Shown: one piece after another, positions 1-9,803 of the stretch
Layout of the letters: every line of letters starts with the position of its first letter
Numbering within the stretch: the stretch's first letter is position 1
DNA from: Caldimicrobium sp.
GTDB lineage: Bacteria > Desulfobacterota > Thermodesulfobacteria > Thermodesulfobacteriales > Thermodesulfobacteriaceae
Length of the DNA: 64,000 nucleotides
Assembly: GCA_025060015.1 (NCBI GenBank)
Contig: JANXDB010000066.1
Location: forward strand, 8,635 to 72,634
Direction of reading: 5' to 3'
The notes under the pieces: generated by a model
Database searches by the model: none
The model's input: the letters and a program-made list of their open reading frames with translations, nothing else
Told to the model about the DNA's origin: nothing
Position numbers and translations under genes: made by a program

Positions 1-1010
1 AGACAACAGTATGATGAGCAGTAGGGAAGGTGATTTTCATCCCTTTGACCAGCACAAAGAATGAATAGGGCACTTTTAATCGGTGCCCCATCTGAGGGTC
101 TTGCTAATTTTCCATGGGCTGCCATTTTTTCAAATTCCACATTCGTTATAACATTCGGGATCACTCCATACCCAAGATGCTCTAACTTTGTGGGATCATA
201 AGGCTTAAAACCTGCTGCTAAAACTATGGCTCCAATCTTTAACTCCTCTTCTTTGCCACCTTGATTTATCTTCACATTGTATAGTCCCGGTCCTCCGGAG
301 ATATTACTCACTACTGCACCCTTGTATATCTTGATCTTGTCATTGGACTCCGCCTCCTGGATTAGACCTTTGACCACGGGCTCAACCAGATTTCTATATG
401 GTGCCTTGGTTTCACAATGGGCCTTCATTTGGGCAGCAAAACCACCTAATACCTTCTCCTTTTCTACGAGCACAACTTCATATCCAGCTTTTGCAGACTC
501 AATAGCAGCAGTCAATCCTGCAACCCCACCACCAATCACCAAAATGGTCTGACTTAGCTCCTCCTCAGGTTTAAAAGGCTCAGGTAACTTATAGGACCTG
601 AGTTTTGCAACGCTCATACGAATATAATCCTTGGCTAAAGCCATCAATTCATCTTTAAAGGTCACACCACTTGCTATCTCGGCGGTATCCTCTAATCTTT
701 CGCCATTTTCTCCCAAGGGAAATCTGCTCCAAACCACTCCCTCTCTTAGATTCACTCTATCCACTGCGGTTTTACCAAAGTTAAATACATCGTAGTTTAC
801 TCTAAATGAACAGGCGGCAATGGATACAGCATCTAAGCCATCTTCCTGAATCTTAGAGTTAATGAACTCCTTTCCCTCCTTGGAGCAAAGAAAGTCAGAG
901 CTGTAGACCGAGGTGACTCCCTGTTCTCTAGCTACTGCTTCAAGCTCATCAATGCTTAGTCTATTGGCTATATCGCAACTCTTACATATGAATACTCCAA
1001 TCTTATCCAT
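1..1010 (-). CDS. qmoB: Quinone-interacting membrane-bound oxidoreductase subunit B (HdrA-like flavoprotein), N-terminal part; runs off the left edge
   Basis: Not in the ORF track because it is truncated. My translation from ATG at 1010: MDKIGVFICKSCDIAN...ILVIGGGVAGLTAAIESA (FAD motif)...CAGQRDENHLPYCSSYCC. Lies directly downstream of qmoA. Confidence 0.9.
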   Translation of the reverse strand, partial: MDKIGVFICKSCDIANRLSIDELEAVAREQGVTSVYSSDFLCSKEGKEFINSKIQEDGLDAVSIAACSFRVNYDVFNFGKTAVDRVNLREGVVWSRFPLGENGERLEDTAEIASGVTFKDELMALAKDYIRMSVAKLRSYKLPEPFKPEEELSQTILVIGGGVAGLTAAIESAKAGYEVVLVEKEKVLGGFAAQMKAHCETKAPYRNLVEPVVKGLIQEAESNDKIKIYKGAVVSNISGGPGLYNVKINQGGKEEELKIGAIVLAAGFKPYDPTKLEHLGYGVIPNVITNVEFEKMAAHGKLARPSDGAPIKSALFILCAGQRDENHLPYCSSYCC

Positions 1011-1024
1011 CTTTTACCTCCTAT

Positions 1025-2266
1025 TTATGCTCTTTTAATTACTTGCAAGGCCTTAAGAACCGCACCGGTAGCAGTTTCATTAGAAGTCATCACGTCAAGG
1101 GGTTTTTTAGCACAACCAACAGGGATTATTCCATCAGTTTCAACTACAAAACCATTCTCATCAAGTGATAGGCCCGGAATGGTTTTACCAATGGTGCTTG
1201 GCTGCATCCCAAGGGCTAATATGACCATGTTGAACCTTTCTGTTACTCTCCTTCCAGAAAGGGTATCCTCAGCGGTAACAAGTAAATCTTTGGTTGAGGG
1301 GTCTTCCTCAATTTTAGCTACCTTTCCCTTTACAAACTTGATCTTGGCCTCATTAGTTGCTCTGTTTAGGAACTTTTCATACCTCCCTGGGGTTCTAATA
1401 TCTATGTAAAAGATGGTACACTCAGTATTGGGATACTTCTCTGCAAAGTAAAGGGAGTGCTTTAGGCTTGCAAGACAGCATATATAAGAACAGTAAGGAA
1501 GATGGTTTTCATCCCTTGATCCAGCACATTGCACAAAGGCAACTTTAGTGGGAACTTCTCCATCAGAGGGTCGTTTAATTTCTCCACCGGTAGGTCCCCA
1601 AGGGGAGGCCATCCTCTCTACCTGCATATTTGTTATAACATTGTTAAATTTTCCGTAACCTAAGTTATCTATTTTTGTGGCATCGTAGGGCTGCCAGCCT
1701 GTTGCCCAGATAATAGCACCCACTTCAAGCTCAAAAACCTCCTCTTTCATATCAGGATCAATGGCATGGTATTGACATACAGACATTATCTTCTCTAAAT
1801 CTCCGGGGGCAAGAGCTGACTTATCTAAGACATATCTAGCAGGAAAGGCCATGGGCGATGGAAGATAGATAGCCTTAGTTTTGCCAAGTCCAAAATCAAA
1901 CCTACTTATTCTCTCTCCTTCGCAAACCTTCTCACATTCACCACAGCAAGTACAGTTGTCGTTTACAAAGCGAGGATTCTGTTTAAGTTTGACTTTGTAG
2001 GATCCAGGGGCACCACTGATTTCCAAGACCTCAGTCATGGTATAAATCGTTAGGTGAGGATTTGCCTTCATCCTTTTATAGTTGATTTCTAATCCACAGG
2101 TTGGTGGACAAAGCTTGGGAAAGTAATATCTTAATTGACCAACTCGACCCCCAAGAGTTGGTTCACTTTCAACTAAATAAACATCAACCTCCATCTCTGC
2201 TGCTTCTATTGCTGAGGTTATACCACTAATACCACCACCAACAACCAATATACTGGAATTTGCCAT
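1025..2266 (-). CDS. qmoA: Qmo complex subunit A (HdrA-like FAD/FeS protein)
   Basis: GGGISG FAD motif, CPPTCG, CTCCGECEKVC, CAGSRDENHLPYCSYICC; follows aprA. Confidence 0.93.
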   Translation of the reverse strand: MANSSILVVGGGISGITSAIEAAEMEVDVYLVESEPTLGGRVGQLRYYFPKLCPPTCGLEINYKRMKANPHLTIYTMTEVLEISGAPGSYKVKLKQNPRFVNDNCTCCGECEKVCEGERISRFDFGLGKTKAIYLPSPMAFPARYVLDKSALAPGDLEKIMSVCQYHAIDPDMKEEVFELEVGAIIWATGWQPYDATKIDNLGYGKFNNVITNMQVERMASPWGPTGGEIKRPSDGEVPTKVAFVQCAGSRDENHLPYCSYICCLASLKHSLYFAEKYPNTECTIFYIDIRTPGRYEKFLNRATNEAKIKFVKGKVAKIEEDPSTKDLLVTAEDTLSGRRVTERFNMVILALGMQPSTIGKTIPGLSLDENGFVVETDGIIPVGCAKKPLDVMTSNETATGAVLKALQVIKRA

Positions 2267-2289
2267 ATTAACCTCCTCCTGTTACCTCA

Positions 2290-2345
2290 TTTTTTCCGTA
2301 TAGAGCTTCCTGCACGCTATTCTGTGAAACCCTATACCGAAAAAA
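2290..2345 (-). promoter_or_regulatory. Long RNA hairpin between the aprA terminator and the qmoA RBS
   Basis: 20-bp stem (2290-2309 with 2326-2345), one mismatch, two G.U pairs that form only on the minus (sense) strand. Confidence 0.55.
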
Positions 2346-2378
2346 TAAAAAAAGAGGGGGCTATATAGGCCCCCTCTT
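2341..2378 (-). terminator. Intrinsic terminator after aprA
   Basis: Minus strand AAGAGGGGGC-CTATATA-GCCCCCTCTT followed by a long U-rich tract; 10-bp stem. Confidence 0.85.
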
Positions 2379-2394
2379 AAGCTTCATTTAATTC

Positions 2395-4392
2395 TTATGG
2401 TCCTAAAGGATCAGGAATTATCTGAACGTATGGATAGGTTTCCAATTCCCACTGCTTGGTCTCAGGATTCCATCTGGAGAGGGTAAAACATCTCCAATTA
2501 GCGTCATCATTCTGCATATTTTCTGCTTTGTAGTAATATCCGGGGTAACGGGAATCATCACGGAAGAGTATATGAAGTAGATGTGCCTCAGCAGTCCATA
2601 CTCTGTGCCTATTCTCCCAAGCCCTCATTAGCTCATGAAGGTCTCTTGCCGCGGCAAGTTCCATATCCTCCTTAAGCATTCTGAGAAGCTCAAGCCCCCT
2701 CTGGAGCATGATATTATTAGTAATATAGTATGTGGAGGTCCCAGCTACATACTCATCCATTAGTTTCATAAGCCTTGCCTGAATGTGGCGTGGTATTAGG
2801 TAGTTGGGGTTGACCTCATAGGCTGTAGTAGCATTCTTAAACTGTTCAAATCTATACCAAGGTCCATATACCTCTTTCTTAAGCTCTTCTGCACTTTCAC
2901 TAATAGCTGGCTTGTAGTCTTTATTGTCTAGACAGAATTGAACCATAGATTTGGCTGCAATTCTTCCCTCCACATGGGAACCTGAGGAGAATTTATGTCC
3001 ACAGGCACCCACTGTGTCACCGGCACAGAAAAGCCCTTTAACTGTAGTCATTCTGTTGTAGTGCATACCTTCCCAAGGCTTCTTGTATTCCGCAGGGACC
3101 CAATCTTCATTAGGACCAGCACACCATGCCCCGGCACATCCAGCGTGGGATCCAAGGAAGTAGGGTTCAGTAGGCATTATCTCAGAGGGCTTCTTCTCAG
3201 GCTCTATGTTTAAACAGGCCCAAAGACCAGCCTGACCAACACACATGTCAAGGAAGTCTTCCCAGGCCTCAGCAATGAGATGCTTAAATTCTTTCTTGTC
3301 CATGGTCTTTTCTGCTTCTTGAAGAGCCCATTCAGTATGCATGAAAATCGGACCACGCCCTTCTTTCATTTCAATGAGCATGGCATGGTTTCTCAAGCAA
3401 GTTCCTACTACAGAGGCCTCACTATAAGGAGCAAATTTCTTAAGCTCATCCTTGTGTTTAGCAACATAGTCCTCATCAAAGGCATTGGTTGCACGTGCCT
3501 TGAATAGCAAGAACCAGGCACCCACTGGTCCGTAACCATCTTTAAACCTTGCGGGAACAAATCTATTTTCCATAAGAACGAGCTTTGCTCCGCTCATAGC
3601 ACACATGGCATACCCAGACCCAGGATTCCAGACTGGATACCAAGTCCTTCCCTTTCCTTCGTCAATGGATCTAGGACGATAAATGTTAACTGCTCCACCA
3701 GGAGAGAGAAGAGTAGCGTTAGCCTTGATGATGAAGATCTTGTTCTCTCTAACAGAAAATCCAACTGCACCTGCACATCTGTTTTTCTCATTCGCATCAA
3801 GCAATGGCCTAACAATAAAGCATCTCTCGATAATTTCAGCTTTATCATAACTGGCAAGAGCGTTCTTAGCTGCCTCTGCGACAATTACCTTGTAGGACTC
3901 ACCATTGATCATGATCTGCCAACGACCAGAACGAACGGGTTTGGCTCCTCCCTTAAGAGTTAAGCCTCTGGCCTTGGCCTCTGCACCATCAAGGGTCTTT
4001 CCGGTATTAGGATCCTGCTTCCAGATGGGAAGTCCCCAATCTTCAAAGGCATGCACTGTATCGTCAACATGTCTTCCAACGTCAAAGGAGAGATCCTCAC
4101 GAATTATTCCCATAAGGTCACATCTAACCATTCTCACATAATCATCGGGCTTGTTTTCTCCGATATAGGTGTTAATTGCGGAAAGACCCATAGCCACAGC
4201 TCCAGATCTCTCCATGGCTGCCTTATCACATAGAAGTATTCTCAATCCATGAGGCTTTGCCCAACGAACTGCCTCAACCGCAGCACCACAAGCTGCCATT
4301 CCTCCACCAACAATTAAAATATCTGTCTCCTTTTCAACTATTTCAGGCTCAGCTAAGGGTAATCCAAAGTTATAACTGTGAATCTTAGGCAT
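2395..4392 (-). CDS. aprA: Adenylylsulfate (APS) reductase alpha subunit
   Basis: GGGMAACG FAD motif, ERSGAVAMGLSAINTY, VRSGRWQIMINGESYK, ACGHKFSSGSH; 665 aa. Confidence 0.97.
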   Translation of the reverse strand: MPKIHSYNFGLPLAEPEIVEKETDILIVGGGMAACGAAVEAVRWAKPHGLRILLCDKAAMERSGAVAMGLSAINTYIGENKPDDYVRMVRCDLMGIIREDLSFDVGRHVDDTVHAFEDWGLPIWKQDPNTGKTLDGAEAKARGLTLKGGAKPVRSGRWQIMINGESYKVIVAEAAKNALASYDKAEIIERCFIVRPLLDANEKNRCAGAVGFSVRENKIFIIKANATLLSPGGAVNIYRPRSIDEGKGRTWYPVWNPGSGYAMCAMSGAKLVLMENRFVPARFKDGYGPVGAWFLLFKARATNAFDEDYVAKHKDELKKFAPYSEASVVGTCLRNHAMLIEMKEGRGPIFMHTEWALQEAEKTMDKKEFKHLIAEAWEDFLDMCVGQAGLWACLNIEPEKKPSEIMPTEPYFLGSHAGCAGAWCAGPNEDWVPAEYKKPWEGMHYNRMTTVKGLFCAGDTVGACGHKFSSGSHVEGRIAAKSMVQFCLDNKDYKPAISESAEELKKEVYGPWYRFEQFKNATTAYEVNPNYLIPRHIQARLMKLMDEYVAGTSTYYITNNIMLQRGLELLRMLKEDMELAAARDLHELMRAWENRHRVWTAEAHLLHILFRDDSRYPGYYYKAENMQNDDANWRCFTLSRWNPETKQWELETYPYVQIIPDPLGP

Positions 4393-4420
4393 AGCTACAC
4401 CTCCCTCTTATTTTAAAATT

Positions 4421-4906
4421 TTAAATGGTCATCTTTTTGTCACTACAAGGAAAGACCTTATTTAACACTGCCTCAGGTTTCTTAGGCTCCACTCCATCTA
4501 CTGCCTGAGTAAAAAGCTGATTGGTTGAAAGCTTAGCGGGATCTGGTTCTTTACCACCAAGGGTTGGATCAGCAGAACCCTCAGGTGTGGTTCTAATGGG
4601 AAATTTAAATCTTACCACTACACCGTTTCTAAACTTGATGGTCCACATAATGTCTGTGGTTCCTCTCATGGGCTGACAGGTGCCATGTAAAGGAGCAAAA
4701 TCTGCATAGTGCCTTACAGAGATGGCACCTTGGGGACAGCTTTTAACACAGCTGTAACACTCCCAGCACTGATCTGGTTCCTGGTTGTAAGCCCTCATGG
4801 CCTCAGGATCAAGAATCATGAGGTCGTTAGGACAGATATACATACAAACAGTTCTGTCCCCACCCTTACACCCATCGCACTTCTCAGGATTTACATAAGT
4901 TGGCAT
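4421..4906 (-). CDS. aprB: APS reductase beta subunit
   Basis: MPTYVNPEKCDGC...CMYICP, CWECYSCVKSCP, long C-terminal tail. Confidence 0.97.
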   Translation of the reverse strand: MPTYVNPEKCDGCKGGDRTVCMYICPNDLMILDPEAMRAYNQEPDQCWECYSCVKSCPQGAISVRHYADFAPLHGTCQPMRGTTDIMWTIKFRNGVVVRFKFPIRTTPEGSADPTLGGKEPDPAKLSTNQLFTQAVDGVEPKKPEAVLNKVFPCSDKKMTI

Positions 4907-4936
4907 AGTGCACCTCCTCCTGTTGTTTATATTTTA

Positions 4937-5296
4937 TTAATCTGTTTCAATTTCCGGAGCTGGCAAGAACTCAGATTCCTTAGCTGCTAAATCCTTTATC
5001 TCGTTTATCCTTGCAAGCACAGCTTTGACAACATCTTCATTCAATGATTTCTGCTTGGCTATTTCATCGAAAACTGCCCTCTTAAAAGCAACAGGTGTAT
5101 CGGTGATGCAGGCACGAGAATCTATTCTTGCAGTTTCAAAGGCCTTCAATACCTCACCCTTAACCTCTTCTCCAACCTTTACACGCACTACCTTTAACTC
5201 TCCACCAAAGACAGCATCAATTTGAGATTCAACTGGAGTTCCCTTTAACTTATTCAGCCTGTATTCATCTAAGAAAACCTCGATAATATATTCCAT
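4937..5296 (-). CDS. Conserved hypothetical protein between sat and aprB (resembles the ORF2 of archaeal sat-aprBA operons)
   Basis: 119-aa ORF, strong RBS AAGGAGGTG, 24-30 bp gaps to its neighbours. Confidence 0.75.
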   Translation of the reverse strand: MEYIIEVFLDEYRLNKLKGTPVESQIDAVFGGELKVVRVKVGEEVKGEVLKAFETARIDSRACITDTPVAFKRAVFDEIAKQKSLNEDVVKAVLARINEIKDLAAKESEFLPAPEIETD

Positions 5297-5320
5297 CTCA
5301 ACACCTCCTTTATTTTTCTT

Positions 5321-6697
5321 TTAGTCTAATTCGGGGATATCCACTTCAAGCTCTTCTTCCTTAATCATGACATACTTTTCATTTACAAAGGGATAATTGA
5401 ACTTCTTCCACCATTTAACAACTACTTTAAATACCTCTGGCCTCATGATTATAACTGGTGGCTGCACACCCTCAGCAACCAATCCTCTGATCAAACTGCC
5501 TGACAACTTTTGCCAATTTTTCTTATGACCACAGGTATCATTGTAAACCATCTCCTTACAAACTGGACAGTAGAGGAACTCCCTCATGTTCTGAGGCCTT
5601 ATAGTCAAGCCCCCATCTACAAGATTAACTGGCTGATCAAACCCGTAGCTGGGGATTCCCTTAAGCCATAGAATTTGTGTGGCAAAGGGATCATAGTACT
5701 CACCCACGGCAGCATGGTCGCGGCCAAACATGTGATGAGTACAACCCATATTCTGACGGATAATTCCATGGAGCAAACTCTCTAATGGATTTCCATATCT
5801 CATATCCCAGAGAGTAAAAGTGACCATATGTCTCTCCGGCTTAATATAGCCGTACTTATTTACAGCCTCATGTGCCTCTAAAATTGCCTCATCAGGATAA
5901 TCTCCCCTTCTCTTGACTCCTATAATGGCATTTACAAGAATTCCATGACAGGGCTCCACATCACCAGTGTAAGCAGCATTTTTCATGAGGTGTTCGTGGC
6001 CTACGTGAGGCACATTTCTTGTCTGGTGAGCAATAACTGTTCTCCATCCTCTTTTTTCAAACTCTTCCCTACATCTTCTCGGAGGACACCAAAACCTATC
6101 AAAAGGTGGCCTAAAGACAGGTTCATTGATAATGGTATACTTTCCGGCAAGTATGATTGGTTGATGAGATCTGTAAATCACCCATCCAGGGTGCTTGTCG
6201 TCAAATTTCTCACGCACAACTTCAGGATTTGTCTCTGGTGTTCCAAAGGTTCTGTTGGCAAGCTCCTCTGGATCTATTTCATATATTTCCTCTATATCAA
6301 GAATAGCAAAGGGCCTTCCCTTTAAGGTTAAAAGCAAACGATCCCCTTCTGTAACTCCAAGCTTCTGATAATCCTCCTTGGAAATGTCAAAAAGAATGGG
6401 ATAAGGAAAAATCCATCCAGAAAGAAGCCTTCTCTTAGAGAGAACACTTTCAAGCTCAGCAGAGGTCATTGATCCTTCCACAGGACTAAAGAAGCCATAA
6501 CAAACAGACATGATCTCACGATAGACATTTCTTACAGGAACCCCTCTCTTATAATGAAGAGTGGGTTTAATCTCGAAACTCTTTCCGGTTCTCTTGAGAG
6601 AATCAACAAACTTTTTCGCAATCTTTTTGTCGGTGATAACCCGCTCTACTAGCTTTCCGCCATGCGGCATAGGCCTCTTAAAATAAAGCTCTGACAT
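5321..6697 (-). CDS. sat: Sulfate adenylyltransferase (dissimilatory ATP sulfurylase)
   Basis: PHGGKLV, AHQTRNVPHVGH (QTRN/HxxH), GRDHA, C-terminal CPVC...CGH Zn site. Confidence 0.97.
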   Translation of the reverse strand: MSELYFKRPMPHGGKLVERVITDKKIAKKFVDSLKRTGKSFEIKPTLHYKRGVPVRNVYREIMSVCYGFFSPVEGSMTSAELESVLSKRRLLSGWIFPYPILFDISKEDYQKLGVTEGDRLLLTLKGRPFAILDIEEIYEIDPEELANRTFGTPETNPEVVREKFDDKHPGWVIYRSHQPIILAGKYTIINEPVFRPPFDRFWCPPRRCREEFEKRGWRTVIAHQTRNVPHVGHEHLMKNAAYTGDVEPCHGILVNAIIGVKRRGDYPDEAILEAHEAVNKYGYIKPERHMVTFTLWDMRYGNPLESLLHGIIRQNMGCTHHMFGRDHAAVGEYYDPFATQILWLKGIPSYGFDQPVNLVDGGLTIRPQNMREFLYCPVCKEMVYNDTCGHKKNWQKLSGSLIRGLVAEGVQPPVIIMRPEVFKVVVKWWKKFNYPFVNEKYVMIKEEELEVDIPELD

Positions 6698-6865
6698 CCT
6701 ACACCTCCTTCTCCTGTATGTTGTTGGGTTTTTTCTTTACCAAGATTTTATAAATTTTATATTAAAGTCAAAGTCAATTATAGGAATTTCTGACCAGATA
6801 ACAAAATTTTCCTTAATTTTTTCTGTAATTTGTTTTTTATTACTCATTTAATCTTTCATAAAACC

Positions 6866-8320
6866 TTAAAGTTGTAGAAACTGGAGACTGATGTAAAGAA
6901 AGAGGGTTCGTTGAATGAAGTCTAACATAGGCCTTGGGTATATACCGAGGAGGATGACTATAAAAGTGGCCACAATTAAAGAGAAAGCCAGAAAAATAGG
7001 ATAAGTGGGTTTATAGTAACCCAAGTGACCTTTATCCATATAAATTACCTTGATAACCCTTATGTAAGGATAGGCACCTATTACTGAGACTAACAGTGCA
7101 AGTATTGCCACACCTATGTATTGAGATTTAACAAGCATTAGGAATATGTAAAATTTAGCCATAAATCCTGCCGTTGGAGGAACTCCAGCCAAAGAAAATA
7201 AAAAGATTAAAAGCAAAAGGCTTATAAAAGGTAGATTCTGGCATATGCCTGCAAGATTTGGAATTTCAAGAAATCCTCTGTTAGCTCTGACAAGATAGAT
7301 CATGATTCCAAAACTACCTATGGTCGTAAAGAGATATACAAACATATAAAAAAGAGAAAAACCGTAGCCTGCAAAATCTCCACTCACTAGACCAAGCACG
7401 GCATAGCCAACATGGGCGATGGATGAGTAGGCTAATAATCTTACTAAATTATCCTGTCTTATGGCCAGAAGAGAACCTATTAGAATTGTCAAAAGTGAAA
7501 TAGGAATAAGTATTTTACCAATTTCGATCTTAAGCGGAGAATAGGCTAAGATTAACACTTTGATTAAAACAGCCATAACTGCAAACTTGATAAGCCCCGA
7601 AAGAAAGGCGGTGATAGGCAAAGGTGAGGCTTCATAGGCATCAGGAGCCCACATGTGGAAGGGAACCAAAGAGAGTTTTATTGATAAAGCACTGATAAAA
7701 AACACAGCTCCCAATAAAAGCTCCTTTTTTAGCAACCCCTGAGCTAACCTTTTGGATACCTCCTCAAAATAAATCGTTCCTGTGGCATAGTAAACAATCC
7801 CTAAAAAAAGTATGTAAAGCCCTCCTGATAAAGCACCAGCTATAAAATACTTCAGAGCTCCCTCTAAGGATTCTTTCCTATAAACATATTGTGTAGCAAT
7901 GAGAAAATAGAGAGGAATACTCATTAGCTCCAAACCTATGAATAGGGTCAAAAAATCCTGAGAGGAGAGCACCACAAAGATTCCGAATAAGGAAAAGAAG
8001 AGAAGACCGTAAAACTCACCAAAGTTAAGACCTGGAAAGTTATTTAAATGGGTATCGGATAAAAGAAGAACAAAGAAAAAGCCAATTAATAGTAGAAACT
8101 TAATAGAAGAGGAGAAAAAATCTATTCTAAAGGCCCTGGTGAAGTCTCCAAAGGGAATGAATAGGATAAAAACCATAGAACCTAAGATGACCCAAAACGA
8201 GAGCCAAAAGGCATAGCTCTTGCTCTTTATAAAGCGATCAATCATAAAGATAAAAATCCCACTAAGCAGAAAAAAAAGCTCTAAGGCTAGAGATCCAAAG
8301 TTTAGACTGAGGGTGACCAC
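6866..8320 (-). CDS. nuoN: NADH-quinone oxidoreductase-like complex subunit N
   Basis: Highly hydrophobic; EGALKYF, PFHMWAPDAYE, RLLAYSSIAH; GTG start. Confidence 0.93.
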   Translation of the reverse strand: MVTLSLNFGSLALELFFLLSGIFIFMIDRFIKSKSYAFWLSFWVILGSMVFILFIPFGDFTRAFRIDFFSSSIKFLLLIGFFFVLLLSDTHLNNFPGLNFGEFYGLLFFSLFGIFVVLSSQDFLTLFIGLELMSIPLYFLIATQYVYRKESLEGALKYFIAGALSGGLYILFLGIVYYATGTIYFEEVSKRLAQGLLKKELLLGAVFFISALSIKLSLVPFHMWAPDAYEASPLPITAFLSGLIKFAVMAVLIKVLILAYSPLKIEIGKILIPISLLTILIGSLLAIRQDNLVRLLAYSSIAHVGYAVLGLVSGDFAGYGFSLFYMFVYLFTTIGSFGIMIYLVRANRGFLEIPNLAGICQNLPFISLLLLIFLFSLAGVPPTAGFMAKFYIFLMLVKSQYIGVAILALLVSVIGAYPYIRVIKVIYMDKGHLGYYKPTYPIFLAFSLIVATFIVILLGIYPRPMLDFIQRTLFLYISLQFLQL

Positions 8321-8332
8321 AGATATCCCTCC

Positions 8333-9793
8333 TTAGGGAATATTAGCAAGTATTTTTGATACGGAAGTTTTCATAAAATCTAGGAACGGGTTGGGATAAA
8401 GACCGATAAGAAATATCAACAGGACCATAGGTATTAAGGAAAGAAGCTCATTCCATCTCAAAGGAGGAAGGTTAAAAACACCACTAACTGGTTTTTCAAA
8501 AAAGACCCTCTGATAGAGCCAGAGCATATAGGCTGCACCAATGATGACCCCTGTAGCTGCAAAGATAACCATGGCTTTATCCTTCATGAAAGCACCCTGT
8601 AGAATCAAGAATTCTCCAACAAAGCCGTTGGTTCCAGGAAGCCCAATACTTGCTAAGGTGAAGATCATAAAAAGGGCAGCATAAAGGGGAAAGGTGGTAG
8701 CTAAACCACCGTAGTAATTTATAGCTCTGCTATGGGTTCTATCATAGATTACCCCAACACACATAAAGAGTGCCCCGGTGACGATGCCGTGATTGATCAT
8801 CTGTAGAATTGCTCCATTAATTCCTATGGGGTTAAGTGAAAAGATACCTAAGGTGACAAATCCCATATGGCTTACAGAGCTATAGGCAATAAGCCTCTTA
8901 AGATCGTCCTGCCATAGACAGGCAAGGCCTGCATATATTATGGCAATAACTGAAAGAACAAGGATAAGTTTAGCAAAAAAGAGAGTTGCCTGTGGGAAAA
9001 GGGGAAGCAAAAATCTTACCATTCCGTAGCCGCCAAGCTTTATCAAAATACCAGCTAAGATTACTGATCCAGCAGTTGGGGCCTCGGTGTGAGCATCAGG
9101 TAACCAGGTATGAAAAGGCCACATAGGAACCTTTACAGCAAAGGCTAAGAGAAATCCGAGAAATAGAAGTTTTTCAACCTGTGGAGTGAAGGTCTTTCCT
9201 ATGAGAAGGGTGTAATCAAAGGTCCCAAACTGCAAAAAGAGATAAATTATGGCGGCAAGCATAAATATGGAGCCAAAAAAAGTGTAAAGAAAAAATTTGA
9301 TGGTGGAGTAGATCCGTCTTGGACCTCCCCAGATGCCTATGATAAGATACATGGGAATTAGGAGTGCCTCCCAAAAGACATAAAAGAGGAGCAAATCAAG
9401 TGAGAGAAAAACTCCCACCATGGCTATGTTGGTAAATAGCAGTGCAAGATAAAATTCCTTCACCTTTTCCTCAATAGAATACCAAGATATGAGAATACAA
9501 AGTAAGGTTACCAAGGTAGACAAAGGCACAAAGAGCACACTTATTCCATCTACCCCAAGAAAATAAAAACTGTTTATTACATCAAGCCAAGGTATTTTCT
9601 CTACAAATTGAAAGTTTGCGTTGGTAAAATCAAACCTATAAAGCAGTAAGATCGAGAGAATAAAATCAATGAGAGCAGTGATTAGGGCTATCACCTTTAT
9701 GGTATCTGGTCTTGACCTATTGGTAATAATAATGGCTGCAATGCCCAGGAGTGGAAACCACAGGATTGCCGAAAGAAGGCCAAAATCAGCCAC
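8333..9793 (-). CDS. nuoM: Complex I subunit M
   Basis: PFHTWLPDAHTEAPTAGS, LKRLIAYSSVSHMG. Confidence 0.95.
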   Translation of the reverse strand: MADFGLLSAILWFPLLGIAAIIITNRSRPDTIKVIALITALIDFILSILLLYRFDFTNANFQFVEKIPWLDVINSFYFLGVDGISVLFVPLSTLVTLLCILISWYSIEEKVKEFYLALLFTNIAMVGVFLSLDLLLFYVFWEALLIPMYLIIGIWGGPRRIYSTIKFFLYTFFGSIFMLAAIIYLFLQFGTFDYTLLIGKTFTPQVEKLLFLGFLLAFAVKVPMWPFHTWLPDAHTEAPTAGSVILAGILIKLGGYGMVRFLLPLFPQATLFFAKLILVLSVIAIIYAGLACLWQDDLKRLIAYSSVSHMGFVTLGIFSLNPIGINGAILQMINHGIVTGALFMCVGVIYDRTHSRAINYYGGLATTFPLYAALFMIFTLASIGLPGTNGFVGEFLILQGAFMKDKAMVIFAATGVIIGAAYMLWLYQRVFFEKPVSGVFNLPPLRWNELLSLIPMVLLIFLIGLYPNPFLDFMKTSVSKILANIP

Positions 9794-9803
9794 TTCAAAC
9801 CCC

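Noticed and set aside
6698-6865. Rex operator (TTGTGAA-N4-TTCACAA type) upstream of sat, as known in Desulfovibrio
   Set aside because: No convincing match; only AT-rich DNA with tandem TTGACT hexamers.
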